From Nageia nagi (Eukaryota > Plantae > Pinophyta): a stretch of 64,000 nt of DNA. The notes beneath the pieces are model-generated. The model had not been told where the DNA came from and did no database searches. It saw only the letters and a program-made list of their open reading frames with translations. The DNA lies in contig JBITNC010000001.1 of assembly GCA_050084985.1 (NCBI GenBank), positions 33,604,001-33,668,000 of the forward strand, read 5' to 3'. Positions 26,891-38,800 of this stretch are shown here, in pieces; position 1 is the stretch's first letter, and each line of letters opens with the position of its first letter. A program made the translations under genes and the position numbers.

Positions 26891-28974
26891 ACCTCATGAT
26901 TTGTAATATCTAATAAGTTATATTGTTCTTATATCCTTAAATATATATTTTAAACTTCTTATTTTAACATAAATCTATTTTATATTGTTAATATAAGCAA
27001 TATTGATTATCAAATAACAAATAACCAATCATAAAATGTACACAAACACACTAGAACACAAGTATTTATAGTGGTAAAACCCCAATGTAGGGAAACATGT
27101 ACTTAAAATTTGAGTTTCGATATACATCAAACAACAAAAGAGCTTACAATCATAGTAGGTAAGAGTGTTACTATCTCCAATTGATATTCAATGCAACACA
27201 CAACCTTAACAACCTCCAAAACTCTTATTGATCAACTTCTACTAGCTCTCTAATATTCTCCAACCTCTACAACAACAAAATAATTACTAATTACTATGAA
27301 TAACCCTTCCACTAGCTTTCTCTTGAAGTTTTATCTTCATAACCTCTGCCCATTGCTTACAAACAACTCTTGAGCTCCCTAATAATTTAATACACCCATG
27401 ACTCTTTGTATTCCTTGCAAAACATCTTCTCTTCATCTAACATTACCATTATGTATAACACTGATGCTGATAATTGGGTCAACACTTGGGTCATAAATGG
27501 GTTGCAGTTTTATCTTCAATTTCGGTAAAGTGTTAGCCATTTAGAGGTCGTTTTACGGGTCTATTTGTACTAAATCTCTCTTGGAACATTATAGGATGGA
27601 TTTGATGCCTAATACACAATTCTTAACAATTCAACAACCCATTTATGCCATTCCCTAGCATGGACACTATCCCTGGCATTAATGTAAGGAAACTGCAAGA
27701 AAACTAAACCAAATTCAAAAGGAATATACTAAACTCTAAGCATGAAGACTTATGATTACGGTCTCCACTCCAAGATGTCTTATCTTAAATGATTATTTCA
27801 TATCACATGGTAAACCTTTCAAAGCATTATTCAACATTTGAGTGCCAAGTCGATCTTCTATTTGATTCATAATTCATCGTAGTCTGATCATATTATTGCA
27901 TGAATGGTCGATCATCATTTTACTTTTGTGCATATTAAGATCATTATAGGAGCAACTCTTAATAAAGTCCCTTGCATAGTCAATCATAAGATTCAATTTG
28001 AGGTTGAGATTGTGTGAATTGATTCAATTCTCCTAATTGCTACTAGGTGAGCCAAGCAAAGTAAAAATGCCAATGAGACCCATGCATGTCTAGTCTCAAC
28101 CAAGTCAGGCATATCTAAACAAAACATCATCTTTGTCTACATCTTTCTCTCCTCTCATATCATCCTCCATGAAGCCTCTTACCCCCAACTCCCTACAACA
28201 TGTGCTCCTTCACTCGTTTATTACATTCATTCAAACAATATTCGTTTTCAGCTCATTTCTTATTTTGAATAAAGGTACTTAAATTCCATCCAGTATTTGA
28301 ACCAAGCACATGTAATGTAGAACCATTTATATATGAGAATGACACTAAATTTTGAACTTGAACCTTCACTATAAAAATTATCCACTTTACCAATCAACCT
28401 TCCATAAACAAATTTTAAACATCTAACATAAAAAATATTTATAAATAATATTATAATATTAAAAAAATAATTTATTATTCTTAAAAATACTCCTAAGAGT
28501 TATACAATATACTCCCTAAATCGTCTCATAGACCGCTCTTGATCTATCGCAAATGTTAATAAAATTTATTTTTTTCTTTCCTAAAAAATATTATTTAAGA
28601 TATATTATAATACTTAAATATATAATTTTTTAAATCAATAACAAAAAAAATATATTTTCATATTTTTTTTTGACTTATTTTTATTATCTTTTACTAATTT
28701 ATCAAAATATTTTTATTATTATCTTTAATGCTGCATCATTTACAATTACCCTCCCTTTATAGTATATTTATGTTAATCAGCTAAGCTTTGCTGTATAGTC
28801 AATTTTCCCATGAACACAAATGCTTTATCATATTTAAATTTTTTTCTGAGGATTAAACTGAGGATTTAAACTTTTTGCTATGGCATATTCTTTTATACTG
28901 ATAATATGTTCCCGCGAATCTAAAAAAATATTCCTAGCTATACCACTATTAAGTTTTGAACTCGTACAGTACTT

Positions 28975-29075
28975 GACCCTCATTCAAACCCTGCCTCTGA
29001 TGTCAAACCCTGCATCCGATTTCTTTGTGAAAATTCCCTGAATTTCGGTCTGCTGCATCAAACCCCTACAATTTA
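28975..29075 (+). promoter_or_regulatory. Putative ACBP core promoter/5' UTR with repeated telo-box-like CAAACCCT motifs
   Basis: CAAACCCTGC twice and CAAACCCCTA, 100-200 bp upstream of the ATG; CpG content rises here relative to the flanking TE DNA. Confidence 0.4.
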
Positions 29076-29179
29076 CATGTCTCGGCTGCCTAAGATGAGT
29101 GTTTGACCGTATTTGCCGCTGAATTTTGGTGGTATTTTTTACAGATTCATCAATTCAAAGAAGATTCGGAAACTTAAGA

Positions 29180-29823
29180 ATGGGGGACTGGCTGGAGCTG
29201 TTACAGTCCGTGTTCATTGCTGTGATCTTCGCTTTCATGGTTGCAAAATTAATTTCAATTGTTTTATCCTTTAGAGATGAGAATTTGCGGATTACACGCA
29301 CGCCGGAATATGCCGAGCCCGCCGAAATCGGCGAAACTGTTCGAAGCACCGGAGAGAATCGGGAAATCACCGGGAAAAAAGCTGAAAAGGAGGTCGGGGC
29401 AGATGAAAATGAAGCAGAAATCCTAGGTAAAGAGGATGAAAAGCCAGAAAAAGAGGACGAAATCCTAGGAATGGAGGATGAAAAATCAGAAAAAGAGGAC
29501 GAAATCCTAGGAAAGGAAACTGGAACTCTTGGTAAGGAGCATGAAACTCTACAAAAGGATGACGAAACCCAAGGGAAAAGTGTCGAAACCCTAGGGGGTG
29601 AGGGATTGGATGATGAGGACGATGATTGGGAGGGGGTGGAGAGTACTGAGTTGGATGAGGCTTTTGGAGCTGCGGCTTCTTACGTGGCGACTATGGCGGG
29701 TCAGTCCGAGAGGATTCCCAATGATGTGCAGTTGCAGTTTTATGGGCTCTACAAGCTTGCCACCGAGGGCCCCTGCACAGCTCCCCAGCCATCGGCTCTC
29801 AAAATGACTTCCAGAGCTAAATG
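29180..29823 (+). CDS. ACBP1: ACBP exon 1 (TM, acidic repeat linker, ACB N-half)
   Basis: ATG at 29180; donor TG|GTACTT at 29824. Confidence 0.93.
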
Positions 29824-32800
29824 GTACTTTTCATTTTTATGCAATTTAAAAGTCTTTAGGTGATAAACTGTTCTTTGTTTTTTCGACAATTCTTTAGTTT
29901 TTTTCTTCTTCTATTTTTGTGCGGATATCTGATTACAAGCCATGTATTGTTAGAGCTTATGATTTGGCCATATTGTATGAAATTAAGAACTTATTAGATG
30001 TTTTACCTTGTTTTTCTTGGCATTCTTTGGACTTTTTACCTTTTACTGCATATGAGTTGCTGTTGCGTTTGATTTGGCCACATTATCAGTAAATAGGAAA
30101 CAGTCACACTGAATGTGCCCCTAAGTTTGGGTCTTTTTTTGATGTAATTCATAATTCATTGTTTCAGAGTTTATACTCTGGCAAATTTTACTTGCGACCC
30201 CAATTCTTTAGCATTTGGACTTCCCTTTTTTTATCATTACTGTAATGAACATAAGTTATGAATTGATATTACTTCTAATGTGCTGTTTTTCTGTTTTTCT
30301 ATTTTTCTATAATAGCATAAGTTTCAAGTTTGATTGGGACTGTTTAGGGTTTACCATTTTCAGCAGGGACTGAACCTAAGTTATCCCCAAGTCATTTGTT
30401 GGATTTAGAGTTAAGAGTTCATAATCTAGGAGTTAATGCTTGGCCATGGTCATCTAATATTTTCATGTGGCACTTTTTGTCTGTTGGGGATTGGCCATGC
30501 CTAGCAGTGCTTGGACATAAGTCCCTGTTTTGACATTTATTATATTGTTATGGATGGATGGATGGGAATTTATTGTATGTGGTTTGTCCCATTTTCATAA
30601 TAGGAAGTATTTTTATTTAATGGTGAGGTAGTTTTTTGTGTCAGTATGTTGAAAACACTCACCATGAACGTACCCTCAAGTTTGGATAACAATTGTATTT
30701 TGGTTTAGATTTGGAATTTACAAACTGGTTGTTTATACAACAATAGGTGTGCTTGAGACTTACGGCAGGCCTAGTCTTGGTGTGATTTGGCTGATTCTGC
30801 TGTGCAGGCCTTTACCCAAGTTGTGATCACACTTATTGACTAACCACCATGTCTTATTAGACATTCAATACTTGTCTTATTTGAAGAGCACTTATTTTTT
30901 TAAACTTATTGTACGTTATAATGGATTTCTAAATCCAGTTATTTAAGTGTTATTTTACCTGTCCAAGTTAACCTAGAATTATTTTCCCTTTGACATGTTT
31001 AAAACTGCAAACATTGCAGATTAAATACACGTCTCAGATTATTTGTAATGTGTGTTTGTCTGTTTTGGGTATTGGAATAAAACCTTCGAATTGGATAAGA
31101 ATATTATGCTGAAATTTGTTCAGATTGAGTGAAGGTGGACTTGTTTGTTGTTTAGGGTCTAGGTATTGTTTTGTAAATTTAACTTGCAGTCTGACAATTA
31201 TCTCCTCAGGAATATAGTTGTGCTGTAGTAGTTCACTCTGTTTTACAATCATTTAGTGTAATGTCTCAAAATATTTTAATTTATGTTTTGTTGTGTTTCT
31301 GGGCTTATAAGGGGTGGGTTAGTGTGTTTTGAGAAGTTTTATTGTTAGTATAAGTGTTTAGGGATTTGAATATGTATTTAGAATAGTTTTGAGACAAGAA
31401 AAAATGTATTAATTAATGTCATTGGCCTAGTACAAGTTTTTAGTTTGATGGTTGAGATGATAAGGCAGTATTAAATGTCTCTACTATTTGTAACTGCCAT
31501 TTTGGCAAAAGTAACTGTTATGAGGTCAAAGTCCAAGGTATTATTTAATGTTTTTGTAATTGCCATAGGAGAGGATTTGTAACTGTTATCAGACATAAAG
31601 GTTTAAATTAAGACTTCCAAAGCTATATAAGAGGAAGAGCTGGTCATTTGGTGAGGGCTGATTTTGGTAGAGAACATGGAGAGCTTGCATGCTATTGGGC
31701 CTTAGTATTTTTCTAAGGATTTTTTAGAGGGGTTCCCATTAGATCTGATCTAATGGAGGTTGGAGGAGAGATCTGAAGATTATTTACCCATTTGAGGACA
31801 GATCTATTCAAGGTCTGTATTTGTGCTTGCATGTTTGAAGATTCAGTGTTTTGGACACCCATTTGCACTCAGAAATAAAAGGACTGTGATTTAGGGCTTG
31901 GACCAATTGTTAGAGAAGAGTAGAATACAGAATCTGAAGACACAATATCCTTCTACAACCAGATCTGAAGCTGTCTGCATATAGCCAAGGTTCCGCAGTG
32001 ATGTGTCTAATTGTGTAAGCAATATTTGTGTGTTCTCAAGTTTAATGAGAGATCTGTTTAGCATACTTTGATTGTGCCTTTGCTTATATAAGTTGTAGTG
32101 TTCTATTGTTGTGGAGTGTTGTGTGTGATTGCCATCTATATTCAACAAAAAGCAAGTATGAAAGACAAAAAAATCAGTCCTATTCCTATTATGTCTTAAA
32201 GTGATTGTGTATTTACATTTGGTCTATTTCATTTAGAAGGCTGATTGGTTTGATGGGGAACCATGAAACATTGGTTTCCCTAATTTAAAATGTTGAATAT
32301 TTGTTGTATTATTGTCCTACACTACACTGATATCTGTCCACTCTGTTGTCTATTTATTATGAGTACCAACTATTTTCATTGGGAACTGTGGATATTCTTC
32401 TCCAGAGGTTTAGTACTGAAGTGTATTCCTCCAAAATGTTGTTTCACCTCGTTTTCATTTTTGAGGCTTGTGCAAATCATGTGAGTATATTTTGTCAAGG
32501 TGTGCTCTGTGTTATATTTTTCTGTTGAGAAACATGGAAAATCTTCACTGTTGAAAGCCACCTCTAAGCTGAGGTATGTACAACTATTCACTGCTGAAAA
32601 TTGACCATATTTTACTTCTGAATATTCTCGATTGCAAATATTTATTATACAAATTCTCAGAGCTTTGAAAGACCAGTTTATCAAATATTTATTATATTCT
32701 TAATATTTGAAAAACTAAGGTTTCAAAGCTGCAAGAATTTGTTCCTCCTTTTCCTTGGTTGTTTTTGTAACTATTTTTAAGACTCTCCAGCACTAGCAGG

Positions 32801-35800
32801 TAAAAAATTTTCATTTCAAGAATGCTCAAAAGTCCGAACATTTTGGTACCTTCAATATATTTGTAGAACTCTCTTACCTGTTTGCTGATGACTTTCCTAA
32901 GATTCCTTAAGAAACCCTGAAGGAATTCACATTGTAAAAATAATGTCTGGTGTAGTCATCATCAAACAAATTAAAGTCCCATCATGAGTTCATCTCTGGT
33001 ATAAAATTGTTTCATACTCTAAAAATAAGTTTAATCATTTCTGGTAAATTGAGCCAAAATAATTGAAAACGTCCATTCAACAAGCTCCTTATTTTGATAA
33101 ACCTCAGTTGCTCGAGAGGTGGGGCACTTAATGTCATCTTTTGTCCACTAGGTGTAACCGGCTTCATTTGTAAATAGTCTTTGCCAGTTTGCAATCATTT
33201 GAACTTGGTATGGCCAATGTTCATCATGATGTTTGCTTAGTCTGCGGGATAGGATTCCTGAAAACAGGTAGCTTTATGGGTAGCATAGTTAATTGTTTAA
33301 GATTGCAGCACATGAGAGCTGGGATGGCTGAGTGATGGCAGGAACGATTTTTGGTTACGTGTGCAAGGCATGCTTGGCAAAGATTGGGAACGATGTCTCC
33401 AGAGGCAGCGATGCAGAAGTACATTACTCTACTTTCAGAGATACGCCCCAGCTGGGCTGATGGCATGACAAAAGTAAGCTTGAATGCTAGCTTTACCTTA
33501 AATTATTTTCCTCATGAGCTCACTAATTTGATAATCACTCTCAATTATCTAATATTGCTCTGCTTATTTACAATTTTTTTAGAAGAGTAGGAAGCAAGAT
33601 GAGGAGAGTTCAAATCAATCTGCTGCAAAAGGTGGAATTGGACCTGTCTTTAGCACATTTGTGAGTTATGAGGGATCAGATGATGAAACGTGAGCATCTT
33701 TATTCAAGCTAGAGATGTAGGATTACTCAAAATGTTTTGATAGGCCACGTTTAAAGTTTATTTGTCATGTCACATTTTCTCAATAGAAAATCATTTGTGA
33801 ATCAACTCTTTTATCTGCAATTCCATCTTCATCGATAGAATAAAGGTAACTAGTAGTACAAGAACTTAGTTTAAATCCTGCCTCCTTTCTGAATTTTGAT
33901 ATATTTTTCATATTTTATAAAACTGTTTCTGATACCTGTGGTTTTGAGTCACAGAAGGTTGGAGATCATACATTCATATGCAAGTGAAGGGGATGTGACA
34001 GGTCTTCTTCAAGTTCTAGAACAAGGAGTTCATGTTGATCTGAAAGGTGCATGTCTTATTTGATGCTTGTCTTCTTGCAAATTAAAGTTTATATATTCAA
34101 TTCGTTTTGCCACATAATATTTCTGTGTTATCTCAATATTTATATGAAATATTAAGGCAGAACTCATTAAACTGCTACTTCTTGAAAGTGGCCATTTTGT
34201 TACATTGCAATTTTTGGTATAGCGGATTTATGTGGACCTTACTATTTATACACAAGTGACATTTTAATGGACCATTGCAAAGTAAGGTGAATTATACAAA
34301 AAAGAAAGAATTTGAAATTCAATGTCACTTTAAAATCATATTAAGGACACTACAAGAACTACAGCCACCCTCTAGCTTGCCTTGCACGGTCATTTTGTGA
34401 ACATGAAGCAGGTAAAAGCACCATTGATGAATGTCTTTGAACCGTCTGTCATGATATTCAGCCTCCTTTTTGATCAAGTTTTGAGAATTTTTTCTGGATA
34501 TTGGTAAAGCAGGGTTTTTGAAAGGGCATGATAGAGAGGATTTAGGTCAATGTTTTATTTTGCTCTGATCTATTTGGAGTAATTGGACGGTTCCCCACCT
34601 TGTCATGTGTGCAGAGTTCAATTGTCAACCTTTTCGAGTTTTGGCCATTGCTTCTTTGGTTTTCTTTCTTTGTCATTTACACAATTTTTCAGACCTTGGA
34701 GGGATTGGTAAACTCTCTTCTAGGGCCCTAGCCTCCTCGATGGACCTGGTTGCTCAGGGTTTGCCATTGGTGTTGGTTTTCATAGGTCTCTGAGATGTTG
34801 TAGTATTTCAGCTTCTTCCTTGACAGGCTCTCGATGCCCCAAGGGGAGTCATCTAGGTCATCAGGGGACTTGATTCAAGAGATGATCTACATGGCCTTCA
34901 TCCAAACTACTTGGGTCACAACCCAACAACCCCCATCGCCCAAGCTGGCCCATTACTCATAGCACTTCCTTCATATTGTTGATGGATGGACTGAAACTCC
35001 CCCTCTAGGATTGAGGATGTTTTTTGGTCAGCTCCGGATTTTCTTACATCAGCCGAGGATCGAGATAGAGCACCATTAGCATGAGATATCTGAGAATGCC
35101 GCTTGTGATTGATCAAGATTGAGTTCAAGGACCATTTTAATTTTTGATGCTTGGTGTACTATGAGATTTGGGATTGATATCACTGTGTCTTATGTGATTC
35201 ACACAACTCGCTATGCGCTTTCTTCTAGTAGATTGATTATGATGTGTAGTTCTACATATCAGAGAGGCCTTCCTTCTACCGAAGTGCCTCTTATCTGAGA
35301 TGTAGTTCTCGATAGGAGTTTATTGTATTACATCCTCCTTTCGGGCCTACTTGGACGAGGGTGCTTATAAGGAATGACACACCTCCTCACACGTTTTGAC
35401 AATATGGGTATTGGGTATAAATGTTTTTGAAGCCAAATTTCGAAAAATGTGGTGCATGGTGTTTTTTTTTATATAGTTTTAAAAAACTTTAAGAAAAAAA
35501 CACGTTTAAACATGAATTGTACCAAACAACGCTTGTAGGATACCCATACTTTGTTGTTGACCTGCTGAATCACATCCTTCTTCACCTCCAACAACACCAT
35601 CACAAATGTAATTCACAATGATCCAATTCCTCTGCAATTTTCCTTTGTCTAATTTTCCATGTTTATGAAAAAATGTTTTAGTTTTATTCATATTGACCTA
35701 CCAAATGCCTTCTAGTTCTTGTATAGATTTAGTATTCTTCTAAATTCCTTAGCCTCCCTAACAATCGGTTTTCCCAACAAAATTGTCATCCACAAATTGT

Positions 35801-38800
35801 TGGTGGTTATGCCTTCTATAGCCATCGATGGCTTCAACCCATTCAAAAGTCCTCTTTGTCTTGCTGCACTAATACATCTCCCTAGTGCTAATACCATAAT
35901 TATAAATAGGTATGGTGACAGTGGGTCTCCTTGCCTCAATCTCCTGCTGAAGAATTATTCATAACCACTGAGAATTGTGGTCTTTTATCACACAGCTAGT
36001 TCCAAGACTTTTTATTATTTCGATATAAGTTTTATTTCCACACTGTGCCTGTCATTATTTTGTTATTTTCGAAGTTTCAAGTATACAAATTTATCATCGA
36101 TTGTGGATGGAATACCGTTTACTTGATAGTCATAATTTTTGATTAAGCTATTACAGTTGTCTTGTCTTTGTCCATTTCTACAAGACAGATAATTAAGCTC
36201 CAGCGTCTTTGTACAAATCAATTTTGTGATATCTGATTTAAGTTTTAAGCTACATGTTTCGTCAGCATTAATTTGTTTACCTGTCATTGCCGCTTATTTA
36301 GTCTGACCCTAAGATATTCTTTGTTATTTGCTATATATCATTGCAATTTTTGCAGTTTGAGGTAGGCTAATTTCTGACCATCCCCATTTTTTCTGCTGAG
36401 TTCAGCTAAAAGTTTCATCTTGATTTTTTTTTTGAACTTACCTGGAAAAGCAGTGAATTTGAATCTTTGAAATTTGATTTTCCTTATGTTTGGGTTTGAC
36501 ATAGAATGGTAAAATAATTGTCTACAAACCATAAACAATACCTGCAGCTTGAGGGTGTGACAGTGGGAAAAGGGATACTTTCATGTTGAGGATGTGACCA
36601 TGTCAAGAGATACCCACAAATTGAGGTTGCCATCCAGGCTGCGAAAAAAACCAAATGATCAGGCATATCACCTAGAAGTGATGGAAAAAAACACAGGTTA
36701 AAAAACATAGCTTAGGTGGCTTGGCAAAAACAAATCCATCTTCAGCGCATTTTGCCCTCCAGCTCATATATAGGTGTGTCTTTGTGAAGGTGATTGTATT
36801 GGGCTGGTCTGTTGGTTCACTTCCCTCTTTTTCTGTTGTAAACCCTGCTGTTAGTGCTGTGGTGAATAGTGCAATTGATTCCTGAAGCTGGAAATGTCAA
36901 TTGGCTGCTGCACTATTCACCTGTGTTGTATCTTCTGCAGCTGTGTCCAACACCTTTTGAATGCTGTTGTATTTTTGACTGCTATTGAGTACTGTCATTT
37001 GCTTCTGCAGCAGGATTTCTTAGCTTGTTGTATTGAGATTTTGCTGCAGCAGAATCTCAAGTCATTCACAACGAAAATCCGTGAGTAATTGCGAGTTGGA
37101 TGCCAGCCGAACTTGGAAGGGGGTAAATCCGGCACGGGCGAATTCATGCGATTTTCTGGTGAGTAGTTGGAGCTGAAATCCGCGAAAAACCGGCTGGGGA
37201 GGAAACAGAACCCGATTCAAGGCAAAAAATGACAGACGCGGGTCGGAATCTTCAAAAGATTATATTACAACACCGGAGTCTGAATTGTCTTTGTGATTTT
37301 ATGAATAATAGCAGGACCATCAGGTTTAAGGTTTACCGCGGCCCTAGGGTTTCAAATCCAGCCCCTTCGAGTTGTGGTTGCATCAGGATTCCGTTTTGAT
37401 CTAGGTCTGGGATTTCTATTAGCGATCTTACGGGTTGCATCAGGATTCCGTTTAGAACTTGCACATGAATTGGGTTTTGTTTTCAAATTTTGCTTAGTCC
37501 CGGCACCATTCATAGATTTAGGGTTTAGGCCTTTAGCGGATGGTTTCGATTTGACTTAATAATTCTCTGGAAAATGGTTTTCTCAGTTTCTACTCCATGG
37601 TGACCAGAATTTAAACTCAATTCCTGTTGTTCATTGCTTGATTCAGCTAGCGTTGAATTTCGGAATTGATCTTCGTTGTTTTGAGATTTACATTCTTCCT
37701 CTTCATTTACAAACCTCAATTCTGCTGGTGATTTTCTCGTAGAAGAGGAATACTTAACTGATTTAAGACACTGCCAGCAAGGGAGTCGAGCAGGCAAGAG
37801 CATACTATAGCATCCAAATCCAACTCTAGCATTTGCATTTGTCACATTGCTGAAAACATATTTCCCTTCTGCAGGGGTAGCAAGGGCATTCAAAGAAGAA
37901 AACATAAGCAAAAGATAAGATATGATATATGACGAATGAGGTTAATATTATTTTAATATTAGTTTGTCGATCTAATTTTCAATGACAAAAGAGTTAGTAT
38001 GAGATTAGGAGTTTATTATAATAAATAGGGCGGGGTCAACATCAAAGTAACTGAAAATGGAAAGTATGTTGAGAGTCCAACTCACTGAAAGATGGCACGT
38101 GTAGTGTGTCTTTCTATTTCCATCCCCTTTAACTTCACCAACAAAACTAACGCCGTGGTTAAGTGGGAATTAACGAGGTGGCTCTGTTGTCAGAGAAATT
38201 AAGTAACTGACAACAATAATCTTGTAAAATGCATTTCTCATAAGTGGTGATGATGATATTTATAATTTTCTTTCTTTTGAAGAAATATAACAATATAGCA
38301 AGTTTAAATTAGTTTATCGTAAGCTGCATTGCTTGTAAAATAGTTATTTTTTTTTTTAAGATAAGCATTAAAATAATTTAGTGCTGAAGGTTAGGATGAT
38401 CTTATTTAAAAAATTAGTTATAATTTAAAATTATATTAGTAGAGTGGGTTGCTGAAGATGCAGAACCTATCTTCACTGAGTGGACATTGAGCGTTTTGAG
38501 AGGGAAGCTGCATCTGATGGTTAGGATGATCATATTTAAAATGTTCATTTTTTTTGTCGAGTTTTTTCCGAGTACTCTCTGAGTTACCAAGTATTCGTGG
38601 AATTTTTTCTGTCCAAGTAACTCCCAAGTCTGAGTTTTCCAACTATGATTCAGACAATTAATTTAATCTATAAATATTTTACTTTAATTCAATGTCGGTT
38701 TTAATTTTAATGCATTTCGATTAATTCATTTATAAAAATGTTAATGGCTATACAATTACACTTGTGAACACTTGTATTAATTTCTATATTATAAAAGCAA

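Noticed and set aside
29126-29179. ORF-track N-terminal extension of ACBP from a TTG start
   Set aside because: Eukaryotic gene; homology begins at MGDW (ATG 29180).
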